Assembly (NCBI GenBank): GCA_036268195.1
Contig: DATAUP010000056.1
Span: 2,192-66,191 of the forward strand
Length of the DNA stretch: 64,000 nucleotides
Reading direction: 5' to 3'
DNA from: Solirubrobacteraceae bacterium
GTDB lineage: Bacteria > Actinomycetota > Thermoleophilia > Solirubrobacterales > Solirubrobacteraceae
Program-made: the position numbers and the translations under genes
Notes under the pieces: generated by a model
Told to the model about the DNA's origin: nothing
The model's input: the letters and a program-made list of their open reading frames with translations, nothing else
Databases searched by the model: none
Shown here: in pieces, positions 1 to 12,265 of the stretch
How the letters are laid out: each line of letters starts with the position of its first letter
Position numbering within the stretch: position 1 is the first letter of the stretch

Positions 1-1019
1 AACACCGGCTGGAAGCGACGCTCCAGCGCCGCGTCCTTCTCGATGTACTTGCGGTACTCGTCGAGCGTCGTCGCGCCGACCGCGCGCAGCTCGCCACGGG
101 CCAGCATCGGCTTCAGCAGGTTGGCTGCATCGACCGCGCCCTCGGAGGCACCGGCACCGACGATCGTGTGCAGCTCGTCGATGAACAGGACGACGTTGCC
201 GCCGGCGTCCTGAACCTCCTTGAGCACCGCCTTGAGCCGGTCCTCGAACTCACCGCGGTACTTGGCGCCGGCGATCAGGGCGCCGATGTCGAGTGCCACG
301 ACCCGCCGGTCGCGCAGACCCTCGGGCACGTCGCCGGAGACGATCCGCTGGGCTAGACCCTCGGCGATCGCCGTCTTGCCGACACCCGGCTCGCCGATCA
401 GGACCGGATTGTTCTTGGTACGCCGGCTCAGCACCTGGATCACGCGCCGGATCTCGTCGTCACGGCCGATCACCGGGTCGAGCTTGCCGTCCGCGGCCGC
501 CCGGGTCAGGTCACGGCCGTACTTCTCCAGCGCCTGGAACTTGTCCTCGGGCGTCTGATCGGTGACGCGCTGTCCACCGCGCACCTCGTTGACCGCCTTG
601 AGCAGCGCGTCATAGCCGGCGCCGACGGAGCGCAGAACGTCGCCGGTGGTGCCCTGCGACTTCGCGAGAGCGAGCGCGAGGTGCTCGGTCGAGACGTACT
701 CGTCGCCAAGCGCGCGCATCTCCTCCTCGGCGGAGCGCAGCACCTCGATGAGCTCGTTGGAGCCGCCGGTTGACTCCTGTCCCGGGCCTGTGCTGGCGAG
801 GCGCGGCAGCGCCTCGAGCGCCGGATTCAGCGTCGCGCGCACAGCCGCCGGGTCGACGCCCAGCTTGCGCAGCACCGGCACGACCACGCCACCGTCCTGC
901 TCCAGCAGCACCGCGAGCAAGTGCTCCGGGCGCGTCTGCGGGTTTCGGCGCTCGGCGGCAAGCCGCTGCGCGGCTTCCAGCGCCTCCTGAGATTTGATCG
1001 TGAAGCGATCAGCTTGCAT
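1..1019 (-). CDS. clpB: ATP-dependent chaperone ClpB, N-terminal part (runs off window start)
   Basis: Manual translation of minus strand from ATG at 1019: [14 protein letters not shown]..., Walker [41 protein letters not shown]; coiled heat-shock context. Missing from the ORF track because it is truncated. Confidence 0.95.
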   Translation of the reverse strand, partial: MQADRFTIKSQEALEAAQRLAAERRNPQTRPEHLLAVLLEQDGGVVVPVLRKLGVDPAAVRATLNPALEALPRLASTGPGQESTGGSNELIEVLRSAEEEMRALGDEYVSTEHLALALAKSQGTTGDVLRSVGAGYDALLKAVNEVRGGQRVTDQTPEDKFQALEKYGRDLTRAAADGKLDPVIGRDDEIRRVIQVLSRRTKNNPVLIGEPGVGKTAIAEGLAQRIVSGDVPEGLRDRRVVALDIGALIAGAKYRGEFEDRLKAVLKEVQDAGGNVVLFIDELHTIVGAGASEGAVDAANLLKPMLARGELRAVGATTLDEYRKYIEKDAALERRFQPV

Positions 1020-1044
1020 ATTTCTGGACCCTTATCCGGTTACA

Positions 1045-1069
1045 AATCTAAGTCTAAGTGACTTAGATT
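1045..1069. promoter_or_regulatory. HAIR-like inverted repeat (putative HspR operator) upstream of clpB
   Basis: Perfect IR AATCTAAGT-N7-ACTTAGATT, 25 nt upstream of the clpB start; same AGT-N7-ACT core as canonical HAIR CTTGAGT-N7-ACTCAAG. Confidence 0.8.
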
Positions 1070-1100
1070 ATGACACGCTCGGGCAGGCTTTACAAGAGCC

Positions 1101-3185
1101 CTAGTTCGCGATCCGCAATTGCTTCGGTGCCGTCCGATGCTCGATGTTTCCGCCTGAATCGACGACCGCTCCCACGACTGCGGCCGAGACCTGCCGGTGC
1201 GCGGTCAGAGCCGCGTGAAGCTCACGCATCTGCGAGGTCGTGAACAGCATCATCACCTTGCGGCGGTTGCGGTGGACGAGATGCACGAGCGGCGAGTAGA
1301 CGACGAACGACTTGGCGCCACGCACGGTGACCTGCGCGTATGCGACCAGGTCGCAGGCGGCGGTACAGCCCACCGTCGCACGAATCACACCGGTCGCGTA
1401 CGGATGCTGGCCGCCAGCAACCGTCAACGTCACGTTGGCGTTCTTGGGATGGAGCGTGAGCGCCTGCTGCGCGAGCCCTTCGAGGTTGACGCCACCCCAA
1501 CCAGACGCCTCGTCATAGCCGGGCTCGGCACTGCAGCAACCGAGCGGCTGCTCGCTCGGCCGAATGAACGGTCCGACGTCGTTTGACCCGGTCGTCACGT
1601 CGTAGTAGACCTGCGCCGCCGTCGTCGGGTTCCGTCCCAGGCGATACAGCATCGGATTCGCAAGACCGAGCGCCTGCTCCCCGTGGCGGCGCAGCAGCTC
1701 GTCGATCAACGCGAAGCCGCCGGCCATCAGCGGCGTCGCAGCGCTGGTGCCCCCGAACGTCTCCCAGCCACGGCCGCGGCAGTCCTCAGTAGCGGTGCAA
1801 TAGACGTCGTATCCGGGCGCGACGTCGGCGAGCATCGCCACGTCCGGCTGGGCGCGCCAGCCGCCGGCAACGACACCCCGCTGCCAGCTTGGTCGTGAGA
1901 ACAGCGTGCTGGCGCCGCCGCCGCCTGCGTTACCCGGAACCGCGCTCGCGTCGTTCCACACGGTCTGGCTGATGATCTGGTTCTGAACGTTCAGGTCGAG
2001 GTTCGTGCCGCCGACCGAGGTCACCCAGGGCGAGGACGAAGGGAAGTTCACCGCTAACGTCGGGCTCGGTGCAGGTGGGTTCGAGCCCGGCTCCAGACAA
2101 TCGGCGGAACCAAAGTCGCCACTGGCGCCGAGCACGCTGATGCCGGCGGCGCTCGCAACTTTGAGCGCCGTTTCGACTGCGCGGATCCCGGCCTTGCCGA
2201 CGCCGGCCGACGTCTCGCTCTCGCACAGTCCGAGCGAAACCGAGATCACCTGTGGCTTGAAGCCGGGGTTCTGGAGTGGCTGTGAGATCGCCTTCAGCAC
2301 GTCAGCCGCATCGGCACTGGTCTCATAGACGTTGATCGACCTGAGATCCGGCGCGGCCGCCTCGAGAACCTCCAGGTCGAGCGTCGCCTCACCGCCTGGC
2401 GGCAGCGACTTGCCGACGCCGACGCCGAAGGCGTTGATCTGTGGGGTGCGGAGGTGGAAGCAGCTGGCGAACCTGGCCAGGTCGCGCGCCTTGAAGCCGT
2501 CAATCTCGACGAGTGCCACCCGCTCGCCCTGCCCGAGCAGCCCCTGCTGCTGCAGCGGCGTGTAGTCGTAGGCATCGAGGTACTCGTTCGGTGTGAAGCC
2601 GCCCTCGCCGACGCCGCCCTGACAGCCGATCGGGCTGGCGCTGACGTCAGGGCCCTGGTAGCCCGACGATGGCGGCAGCGTGTCCGTCGCTACCGGGGCG
2701 GAGTCGAGGCCCACTACGCCGGTAACCAGGCCGCGCAGCCCCTTCGGCAGCACAACTGCCATCGCGGGGGCAACGAAGCGGGCTGCGTGAGCGCCGCGCT
2801 CCCGTGACAGGGAGGTCCGGAACGCGCGCTCGGCATCCGCCACGTCCATCCGCGCATACACGAACTGGCCGGTCGCATCGCTTGCGACCTCCGACGCGCC
2901 GGCTGCACGGAGGTACGCAACGACACGCGTCCGCGTGGCCGCGCTCGCGCCGAAGTGGCGTGCCAGCCACGCGACCGAGCGGTAGTGGCCGTAGCTCGGG
3001 GAGCCGGGCGTACTCACAGCCTCGGCGAACCGCGTCAGTCCGGCGCCATCGCCGCTCAGCGGCAGGACCAACTGCAACCGCTCATGCGCCGGCGCCGTGC
3101 TTCCGGGTGTGACGAGGGCCCCGGCGCTCGCGGGGATTGCTAGCGCCGCCGCGGCCACGAGTGCCGCGCAACGGCCCAGCTTCAC
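1101..3185 (-). CDS. Secreted S53 (sedolisin/kumamolisin) serine peptidase with pro-domain and basic C-terminal domain
   Basis: Signal peptide, pro-kumamolisin-like region (VSTPGSPSYGHY), catalytic EATLD, oxyanion SGDFG, GGTSAATP, Ca-site GYDEASGWG. Confidence 0.9.
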   Translation of the reverse strand: MKLGRCAALVAAAALAIPASAGALVTPGSTAPAHERLQLVLPLSGDGAGLTRFAEAVSTPGSPSYGHYRSVAWLARHFGASAATRTRVVAYLRAAGASEVASDATGQFVYARMDVADAERAFRTSLSRERGAHAARFVAPAMAVVLPKGLRGLVTGVVGLDSAPVATDTLPPSSGYQGPDVSASPIGCQGGVGEGGFTPNEYLDAYDYTPLQQQGLLGQGERVALVEIDGFKARDLARFASCFHLRTPQINAFGVGVGKSLPPGGEATLDLEVLEAAAPDLRSINVYETSADAADVLKAISQPLQNPGFKPQVISVSLGLCESETSAGVGKAGIRAVETALKVASAAGISVLGASGDFGSADCLEPGSNPPAPSPTLAVNFPSSSPWVTSVGGTNLDLNVQNQIISQTVWNDASAVPGNAGGGGASTLFSRPSWQRGVVAGGWRAQPDVAMLADVAPGYDVYCTATEDCRGRGWETFGGTSAATPLMAGGFALIDELLRRHGEQALGLANPMLYRLGRNPTTAAQVYYDVTTGSNDVGPFIRPSEQPLGCCSAEPGYDEASGWGGVNLEGLAQQALTLHPKNANVTLTVAGGQHPYATGVIRATVGCTAACDLVAYAQVTVRGAKSFVVYSPLVHLVHRNRRKVMMLFTTSQMRELHAALTAHRQVSAAVVGAVVDSGGNIEHRTAPKQLRIAN

Positions 3186-3619
3186 GACAAGTCAGATGCG
3201 CGGATCAGCGCGCCGCCGCGGGTGTAGGGAACGATCTCGGCCCGCAGCTCGCGGCGCAGCGCCTCGAGCCGCTCAACCTCCGCCTTCAGCTCGTTGGCCC
3301 GGCGCTCCAACGCGTGGACCTTGCGTGCCATTCCCTCGAGCATCTTTTCCAGCTCGAATACCCGCTCCACGCCCGCAAGGTTCAGGCCGAGGTCGGCCGT
3401 CATCTCCTGAATCCGCTTGAGCCGCTCGACGTCGGCGTGCGAGTACAGGCGTGTTCCCTTCGGCGACCGCTTCGGCTCGATCAGTCCGCGCGACTCATAC
3501 ATGCGCAGCGTCTGCGGGTGCATGCCCGCGAGCTCGGCCGCGACCGAGATCATGAACACGCCTCTTTCAGAGGAGACCTCAACGCGCGCGGTCGCGCGCA
3601 GACGCGGCTGCTGAGCCAT
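3182..3619 (-). CDS. hspR: MerR-family heat-shock repressor HspR
   Basis: ISVAAELAGMHPQTLRMYESRGLIEPKRSPKGTRLYS; directly downstream of dnaJ. Confidence 0.93.
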   Translation of the reverse strand: MAQQPRLRATARVEVSSERGVFMISVAAELAGMHPQTLRMYESRGLIEPKRSPKGTRLYSHADVERLKRIQEMTADLGLNLAGVERVFELEKMLEGMARKVHALERRANELKAEVERLEALRRELRAEIVPYTRGGALIRASDLS

Positions 3620-4764
3620 CAGTACTCACCAGCCTTTGCGTGCTCGGTGCCCTTGGGGAACAGCTTCGCCCGCGGGTTGCCGTTCATCACCTTCGACAGC
3701 CGCTCGACGGCCTCGTCCTGCTCGACCGACAGGCTCGCTGGCACGTCGATCACAAACCTGTAGCGCAGGTCGCCGTTGCTCTTACCGCCGAGCCGCGCCG
3801 GGCCTTCGCCGCGCAGGCGCTGGACCGTGCCGTGCCTGGTGCCGGGCGCTACCCGCAGGCGCTTGGAGCCGTTCAGCGTCGGCACCTCGACGACGGCGCC
3901 GCGGATCGCCTCGGGAATCGTCAGCGGCACCTCGACCTCGAGGTTGTCGCCGCTCCACTTGAAGATCGGGGAATCGGACACGCGCGTGATCACGTAGAGA
4001 TCTCCGGGGGGAACTCCCCGGACTCCGGGGTCGCCCTTGCCCGCGAGCTTGATACGACTTCCGTCGCGCACGCCCGCCGGAATATTTACCCGCAGCCGCC
4101 GGACGCTGCGCTGCGATCCGCTGCCCTCGCAGGTGGGGCATGGGTGCTCGATCACGGTGCCGGAGCCCTTGCAGTTGGAGCACGGCTGGTTGATCGAGAA
4201 GATTCCCTGACTCTGCGCCTCGACCCCGCGACCGTTGCAGACCGGGCAGACCTTCGGGGAGGTACCGGGCCTCGCGCCAGAGCCGTGGCACGTCGGGCAC
4301 GGCTTCGATGTCGGCACCGACAGTGGCAGCTGGGTTCCGTTGACGGCCTGGTCGAAGGTCAGCGAGACCTCTGACTCGAGATCGCGTCCACGCGCCTGCG
4401 GCGGCCGCTGACCGCTGCCGGACCGGACTCCGCCCGCCCGCTGTCCCGAGCCTCCGCCCCCGAAGAGGTTGGAGAGCATGTCGCCGAAGCCACCACCGGA
4501 AAACGCCGACGGATCGAAGCCGGCGCCACCTCCGCCGAAGTTGGCGAACATGCCACCGCGGTCGTACTCCTTGCGCTTGTCAGCGTCCGAGAGCACGTCG
4601 TGCGCCTGGGACACCTCCTTGAAGCGCTCCTCCGCCTGCTTGTCACCGGGATTACGGTCAGGGTGGTACTTGCGCGCCAGCCTGCGGTACGCCTTCTTGA
4701 TCTCGTCCTCGGTCGCGTTCTTGCCGACCCCGAGGATCTTGTAGTAGTCGGGCCGCTCTGCCAT
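3619..4764 (-). CDS. dnaJ: Chaperone DnaJ
   Basis: J-domain with HPD, G/F region, four CxxCxGxG repeats. Confidence 0.97.
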   Translation of the reverse strand: MAERPDYYKILGVGKNATEDEIKKAYRRLARKYHPDRNPGDKQAEERFKEVSQAHDVLSDADKRKEYDRGGMFANFGGGGAGFDPSAFSGGGFGDMLSNLFGGGGSGQRAGGVRSGSGQRPPQARGRDLESEVSLTFDQAVNGTQLPLSVPTSKPCPTCHGSGARPGTSPKVCPVCNGRGVEAQSQGIFSINQPCSNCKGSGTVIEHPCPTCEGSGSQRSVRRLRVNIPAGVRDGSRIKLAGKGDPGVRGVPPGDLYVITRVSDSPIFKWSGDNLEVEVPLTIPEAIRGAVVEVPTLNGSKRLRVAPGTRHGTVQRLRGEGPARLGGKSNGDLRYRFVIDVPASLSVEQDEAVERLSKVMNGNPRAKLFPKGTEHAKAGEY

Positions 4765-4782
4765 CGCGCTGTCTTTCGCGCT

Positions 4783-5474
4783 CTATGCGGCTACGAGCAC
4801 GCGCGCCGGGCGCAGGACGCTGTCACCGAGGCGGAAGCCCTGCTGGAAGACCTCGGCCACGGTTCCCGACTCGGCGCCGTCCACCGGCTGCTGCGCGACC
4901 GCCTCGTGAAACTGCGGGTCGAACGGCTCGCCGTCAGGCGAGAACGGCTCGACTCCCACACGCTGGAGCGCTGAGAGCAGGTCCGTGTGCACGAGCTTGA
5001 TGCCCTCCGTGAGCGGCGACTCCTCCTCGCTCGCTGCCTTCAGCGCGCGGTCGAGGTTGTCGATCGCCGGAAGCAGCTCCTTGGCGAGTTTGGCCACGCC
5101 CCGCTCCTGGGCGAGCGCCGCGTCACGGGCCGCACGCTTGCGGTAGTTCTCGAAGTCAGCCTGCGTCCGCTGCGCGAGCATCAGGTACTCATCGGCCTTC
5201 TCGGCCTTGGCCGCGAGCTCATCCAGATCCTGCTGGACCTGGTCCCCGTCCTCGTCGCCTTGCTGCTCGTCAGCCTCGGACTTGGGCTTCTGCGGCGCCG
5301 TGCCCTGGGCCGCCGCATATGCGGCGGCCGCACCGGCACGCTGGCGCTGCTCCTCGCCCAAGCGTGAAGCGTCCTGATCGGAGGCGCCCGCAGGCGCCTC
5401 CTCAGGAATCTCCTGCTCCACGTTCGGCTCCGACGCCTCGGCGGCGTCGTGGGGATGCCGCTCTGCCGCCATCG

Positions 5475-5478
<4 letters not shown>
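4783..5478 (-). CDS. grpE: Nucleotide exchange factor GrpE
   Basis: [26 protein letters not shown]; between dnaK and dnaJ. Start may be 5472. Confidence 0.95.
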
Positions 5479-7391
<1,913 letters not shown>

Positions 7392-7421
7392 CGTGTTGGT
7401 TCTGCTCCTCTGAGATCGTGA

Positions 7422-7448
7422 AAATCTAAGCGAGAGCGTAGCAGATTT
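7422..7448. promoter_or_regulatory. Degenerate HAIR-like operator upstream of dnaK
   Basis: AAATCTAAGC-N7-TAGCAGATTT; left arm nearly identical to the clpB site, with the same spacing. Confidence 0.65.
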
Positions 7449-7485
7449 GCGGCTCTACGCAGCCAGCTGCGAGAATCTTCGCCGC

Positions 7486-8130
7486 ATGCAACGCCCGGAC
7501 GCAGTGCTGTTCGACCTCGACGGCACGATCATCGACTCCCGGGTGCCGTTCGCAACCTCGGTGAACTACACGCTGGCAGCGGTCGGCCGGCCCGAGCGCA
7601 AGCCAGAGGAACTCTGGCACTACCTCGGCCCACCGACGCATCAGACCTTCACCGAGCTGCTGGGCGACGACGAGCGGCTGGTCGACACGGCGATCGCGAT
7701 CTACCGCGACCACTACGCGAAGACCAGCGCCGACACCACATTCGTCTACGAGGGGATTCCGGAGCTGCTGCGCTCGCTGCACGGTCGCGTTGCGCTCGCC
7801 GTGGCGACCTCGAAGATCGTCACCAACGCCGTGATGCTGCTCGAGAGCCTCGGCCTGGCCGAGCTGTTCGACGTGATCAGCGGCCCGCTGCCCTCGGCGA
7901 TCAACGAGCCCAAGGCCGTGACCGTCTCCCAGGCACTCACCTCGCTGGGCGGCCCAAAAAGAGCCGTGATGGTCGGCGACCGCTGCTACGACGTCGTCGG
8001 TGGGCACGAGCACGGCCTGCCCACGATCGGCGTCTTGTGGGGTGCGGGCAGCGAAGCGGAGCTGCGCGAGGCCGGCGCCGACGCGATCGTCTCGGCGCCA
8101 GCCGAGATCCCGCCCCTGCTCGACCTCTAG
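7486..8130 (+). CDS. HAD-superfamily hydrolase (phosphoglycolate phosphatase/5'-nucleotidase-like)
   Basis: FDLDGT, ATSK, MVGDRCYD motifs. Confidence 0.9.
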   Translation: MQRPDAVLFDLDGTIIDSRVPFATSVNYTLAAVGRPERKPEELWHYLGPPTHQTFTELLGDDERLVDTAIAIYRDHYAKTSADTTFVYEGIPELLRSLHGRVALAVATSKIVTNAVMLLESLGLAELFDVISGPLPSAINEPKAVTVSQALTSLGGPKRAVMVGDRCYDVVGGHEHGLPTIGVLWGAGSEAELREAGADAIVSAPAEIPPLLDL

Positions 8131-8190
8131 CGCTGCACGAACGCTTAGGGGCGGATCCCTAGGGGTGGAGCCGCCACCAAACGTCCATCG

Positions 8191-8886
8191 CTACACGAAC
8201 GTGTCCGCCCTCGGGCACATCCGGCGCAGCGCGCAGCCCGGACAGTCCGGTCGCCGCGCAAAGCACGTGCGGCGACCGTGGCGCAGCAGGTTCAGGTGCA
8301 GCTCCCACTCCTGCCCGCGCGGCGTCAGCTCCAGCATCTCGTCGTGCATTTCGACGAAGCCGGCACCGTCCCGGAACAGCCCCAGCCGCGTAGCCACTCG
8401 CGAGACGTGCGTGTCAACGGGTACATCGCGCATCCCGTAGGCGAACAGCAGCACGCACGCAGCGGTCTTACGCCCGACACCTGGCAGCGAGCAGAGGTAC
8501 GCCTGCGCCTCTGGGACCGGGACCTCACTGACCCAATCGATCGACAGCACGCCCGGCTGCGGCTCGGTGGCCGTCACCGCAGCGAGAATCGCCTTGATCC
8601 GCGCCGACTTGACCTTCGAGATCCCGCCACGGCGAATCGCCTCCTCGACCTCGTCGACAGGCGCATCCCGCACGTCCTCCCAACTCGGGAAGCGCTCGCG
8701 CAGGCCGAAGTAGGCGACATCGCGGTTGCGGTCGTTCGTCGACTGCGACAGCACGGTGAGGATCAGCTCGGCGAGACCGTCGCGGTGCGGCCTGTACACG
8801 GGTATCCCGTATACCACCCGCAGCCGATCCCGGATCGCCCGTACCTTGCGCCGAGTGACACTAATCGCAGGCACCCCAGCGCTCAC
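8191..8886 (-). CDS. nth: Endonuclease III-like HhH-GPD DNA glycosylase
   Basis: LSQSTND, LPGVGRKTA, VDTHV, CxxxxxxCxxCxxxxxC Fe-S motif. Confidence 0.85.
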   Translation of the reverse strand: MSAGVPAISVTRRKVRAIRDRLRVVYGIPVYRPHRDGLAELILTVLSQSTNDRNRDVAYFGLRERFPSWEDVRDAPVDEVEEAIRRGGISKVKSARIKAILAAVTATEPQPGVLSIDWVSEVPVPEAQAYLCSLPGVGRKTAACVLLFAYGMRDVPVDTHVSRVATRLGLFRDGAGFVEMHDEMLELTPRGQEWELHLNLLRHGRRTCFARRPDCPGCALRRMCPRADTFV

Positions 8887-9772
8887 AGGCCTGCGCGGCC
8901 ACGACCATCGCCTCCTTCAGCGCCGCGGCGATCGCCGGCTCGTAGAAGCCGGTGATCTGCAGCCGCGCGATCAGCGTCGCCATCAACGCGTCACCCGCCC
9001 CGATCGTCGAGATCACGCGCGCAGGCACCCCTGCGACGTCGAGCCTGATCTTGCCGCGCAGGATCGCGCCGCCGGGCCCGTCAGTGATCACGACGTTGCG
9101 CGCGCCGGCCTTGCGGATCGCGAGCGCTGCCCGCTCGACGTCGTCCTCCCCGGTCATCAACTGCGCCTCGGCGGCGTTGGCCCGCACCAGCAGCGCCCCC
9201 GGTACGCAGGCATTGGCGCTCGCGGCAGCGTCGGCCTTGGAGCTCCAGCGGTGCATACGCAGGTTCGGGTCGAAGATCACCGGGTGGCCGAGCTTCAGCG
9301 CGTGCTCGCGGGCCTTCATCGTCACGCTGCGCTCGGTCTGCCCGACGAGCGTGTTGGAGCTGATGAACAGGCCGCTACAGGCCTCGACGGCCGGCTCGAC
9401 CCCGCCCCACAGCGCGTCCACGACGGTGACGAGCGCCTCACCGTAGAGACGGTAGGTTGGCTCGCCCGCACGATCGACGGTGGTCAACGTCAGCGGCGTA
9501 CGCATATCCTCGATCAGCTTGAAGTGGTGCAAATCGACACCGGCCCGCTCGAGCTGGCCGCGCAGCCACCGCCCCCAGTCGTCGTCACCGACGCCGCCGG
9601 CGAGCGCGATCCGCGCACCCGTCCTGGCCGCCATCAGCGCGACGTTCGCGACTGTTCCGCCGAAGTGCGGCACGAACATGTCCGCCTCCCCCAGCGCCGA
9701 CACCGGCCGCTCACAGATCAGATCGACCAGTGCCTCCCCGAGACACAGGACGTTGCGTGATGCGGTTGGCAT
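8861..9772 (-). CDS. PfkB-family carbohydrate kinase
   Basis: GEALVD, GGTVANVA, FDPNLR, TIGAGD. Confidence 0.9.
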   Translation of the reverse strand: MPTASRNVLCLGEALVDLICERPVSALGEADMFVPHFGGTVANVALMAARTGARIALAGGVGDDDWGRWLRGQLERAGVDLHHFKLIEDMRTPLTLTTVDRAGEPTYRLYGEALVTVVDALWGGVEPAVEACSGLFISSNTLVGQTERSVTMKAREHALKLGHPVIFDPNLRMHRWSSKADAAASANACVPGALLVRANAAEAQLMTGEDDVERAALAIRKAGARNVVITDGPGGAILRGKIRLDVAGVPARVISTIGAGDALMATLIARLQITGFYEPAIAAALKEAMVVAAQACERWGACD

Positions 9773-9827
9773 CTCTGAAGTCACGAGGCCGCACGTTATC
9801 CGCAAGCTGCGGCGCATTGCACCAACG

Positions 9828-11369
9828 TTGGTCGCGGCGGCGCTCGCGCTCGCCTATCTGATCGTCGCGCCGACCGGCGCCGACCTGCCCGCGCAGCTGC
9901 TGCGCGTGAAGCTGTTCGGCGCTGAAGGCTTCGGAATTTGGAACAACTGGTGGTACGGCGGCCACGACGTCACCGCCTACAGCGTTCTGTTCCCGCCGCT
10001 CGCGTGGCTGCTGACGCCACAGCTGCTGGCGGCGCTCGCGAGCGTCGGCACCGCGGCCGCGTTCGAGGCGCTCGCTCACGACAGCTTCGGCGGCGACGCC
10101 TGGCTCGGCGCCACCTGGCTCGGCGCCGCGACCGTCACCGAGCTGCTGAGTGGCCGGCTCACCTTCGCGTTCGGGCTGTGCGGTGCCGCAGTAACGACTC
10201 TGGCCCTTGAGCGGCGGCGGCCGCGCTCGGCCACCGCCCTTGCCTTGCTCACGGCCCTCGCGAGTCCTGTGGCTGCCCTGTTTGCAGCGCTCGCCGCCGC
10301 GATTTTCGTGTTGGGGGGCCTCCAGAGGCGATTTTGGCCAGATATCGCCTGGGGTATCGCAGCGATATCGGCCGCGATTGTGCCTTTAGGTGTACTGGCA
10401 GCCGCGTTCCCTGAGGGCGGCTATCAGCCGTTCGCGTTCGGAACGCTGTGGCCGCTGCTCGTGATCGGCGTGGCCCTGGCAGTGGCCGCTCAGCGGAGCG
10501 GCCACACCGCGCTTGTCCTCGCGATCGTCCTGTACGTGCTCGGGTGCGTGGCGGCGTTCGCGCTCCACACACCAGTCGGCAGCAATGCCGCGCGGCTCGG
10601 TGAGCTCACGGCCGGACCGCTCGCGGCGCTGCTGCTGGTGCCGCGGCGGGCATGGCTGCTGCTGGCACTCGCAGCGGTACCGCTCACCTACCTGCAGGTC
10701 CACGACGCGATCACCGATCTGCAGCACGGCGAGCAGGCGAGCGCGGCCGCCTACTACCGGCCGCTGACCCGCTTCCTCGAGGCCCAGCCTGGGGCGGCCG
10801 CGCATGCGTGGCGTGTCGAGGTGCCGTTCACAGCCGGCCACTGGGAGACGTACCGGCTGGCGCCCCAGCTGCCACTTGCGCGGGGTTGGGAGCGCCAGCT
10901 CGACATCGCCGACAACGGGCTGTTCTACGGCGGCCGGCTGACTGCCGCTACGTACGAGGCTTGGCTGCACCGGCTCGCTGTGCGTTACGTCGCGGTCGCC
11001 GACACGCCACCCGACTACTCGGCTCGGGCAGAGCTCCGGCTGATCCGCGGCGGGCTGCCGTACCTGCGCGTAGTCGCGCGGCTGCCGCACTGGACCGTGT
11101 ACGCGGTCGCCGATGCGACGCCGATCGTGAGCGGCGCCGGACGGCTGGTTTCGATGGGACCGAACTCGCTGACGCTGGCGGTCGCGCATCCCGGCAACGT
11201 CTATGTGCGGGTGCGCTGGTCGCCCTACTGGCGGCTGAGCGGCGTGCACGGCTGCGTCGCGCCGGCCGGGCAGTTCACGCGGATCCAAGCGCGGCAGGAT
11301 GGCCACGCGCGGTTGCAGATGGCGTTCTCGCTCGGCCGCATACGCTCGCGGGCACCGCGCTGCGATTGA
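9828..11369 (+). CDS. Multi-pass membrane protein with C-terminal extracytoplasmic domain, possibly GT-C fold
   Basis: About 11-12 hydrophobic segments; first loop GADLPAQ...WNNWWYGGH; soluble C-terminal domain with RGWERQLD. Start uncertain (about 9780-9830). Confidence 0.7.
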   Translation: MVAAALALAYLIVAPTGADLPAQLLRVKLFGAEGFGIWNNWWYGGHDVTAYSVLFPPLAWLLTPQLLAALASVGTAAAFEALAHDSFGGDAWLGATWLGAATVTELLSGRLTFAFGLCGAAVTTLALERRRPRSATALALLTALASPVAALFAALAAAIFVLGGLQRRFWPDIAWGIAAISAAIVPLGVLAAAFPEGGYQPFAFGTLWPLLVIGVALAVAAQRSGHTALVLAIVLYVLGCVAAFALHTPVGSNAARLGELTAGPLAALLLVPRRAWLLLALAAVPLTYLQVHDAITDLQHGEQASAAAYYRPLTRFLEAQPGAAAHAWRVEVPFTAGHWETYRLAPQLPLARGWERQLDIADNGLFYGGRLTAATYEAWLHRLAVRYVAVADTPPDYSARAELRLIRGGLPYLRVVARLPHWTVYAVADATPIVSGAGRLVSMGPNSLTLAVAHPGNVYVRVRWSPYWRLSGVHGCVAPAGQFTRIQARQDGHARLQMAFSLGRIRSRAPRCD

Positions 11370-11418
11370 CGAAGCAATCAACACCGATCAGATGGACAGA
11401 GGGGTATGTTGCTTGGTT

Positions 11419-12201
11419 GTGAAGCATCGCCTCGAGTCATTCTCGGCTCAGCTGCTGCCGCGCGGCTGGCCCGATGTCCTCCGTCAGATGCTCATGTTCG
11501 GAGCCGCCTATGCGGGATACGAGTTCGTGCGAGGGATGGTCGGCGTCACCGGCGTCTATGACAGCTACAAGCCGTTCGGCGACGCGACCAAGATCATCAG
11601 CTTCGAGCGCACGCTGCACGTCTTCGTCGAGCCAAACATTCAGAACTGGGTGACGAACCACGCGCACTGGCTGCTCGACATCGCCGACTGGACATACCTG
11701 AACGCGCACTTCGCGCTGACCGTCGGCGCGCTCGCATTCATCTACCTGCGCCGCAATGACTCGTTCTACTTCGTGCGCAACACGTTCATGATCGCGATGC
11801 TGATCGCGCTCGTCGGCTACTCGATCTATCCGACGGCGCCGCCGCGATTGATGCCGCAGTGGGGCTTCACCGACGCGATCCAGCAGTTCACCGGCGTAAC
11901 CGTCGAACACGGCCCCAGCAACGCGCTGTTGAACGCCTACGCGGCGGTCCCGTCGATGCACGTGTGCTTCGCGTTGATGATCGGGCTCCCGATGTCCCGG
12001 CTCGTACACCATCGGGCGCTGCGCGTGCTGTGGCGGATCTACCCCGCGTTCATCGCCTTCGTGGTGATCGCGACCGGCAACCACTACTTCACCGACGTCT
12101 TCCTCGGCGCGCTCACCGCAGGCCTTTCGGCGCTGCTGGCCAAGCAACTGCTGGCGCGGGCGCGGCCGGACGTGTGGACGTTTGCAGGCGTAACGGCGTA
12201 A
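11419..12201 (+). CDS. PAP2-superfamily (AUR1/IPC-synthase-like) membrane phosphatase/phosphotransferase
   Basis: PTAPPR, YAAVPSMH, GNHYFTD motifs; about 6 TM segments. Confidence 0.85.
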   Translation: MKHRLESFSAQLLPRGWPDVLRQMLMFGAAYAGYEFVRGMVGVTGVYDSYKPFGDATKIISFERTLHVFVEPNIQNWVTNHAHWLLDIADWTYLNAHFALTVGALAFIYLRRNDSFYFVRNTFMIAMLIALVGYSIYPTAPPRLMPQWGFTDAIQQFTGVTVEHGPSNALLNAYAAVPSMHVCFALMIGLPMSRLVHHRALRVLWRIYPAFIAFVVIATGNHYFTDVFLGALTAGLSALLAKQLLARARPDVWTFAGVTA

Positions 12202-12265
12202 CCGTGCTGCCGTGAGCCTCTCGGAACGTTTCCGGCAGACCCACTAGTCTGTGCGCCGGCTCCCG

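Noticed and set aside
1045-1069. CIRCE (HrcA) element
   Set aside because: Does not match TTAGCACTC-N9-GAGTGCTAA; the geometry fits HAIR instead.
9480-9827. Extended N-terminus of the membrane protein given by the ORF track (likewise 37501-38886, 32740-34071, 62530-63255)
   Set aside because: The extensions overlap neighbouring real genes or non-coding structure; downstream starts fit domain boundaries better.
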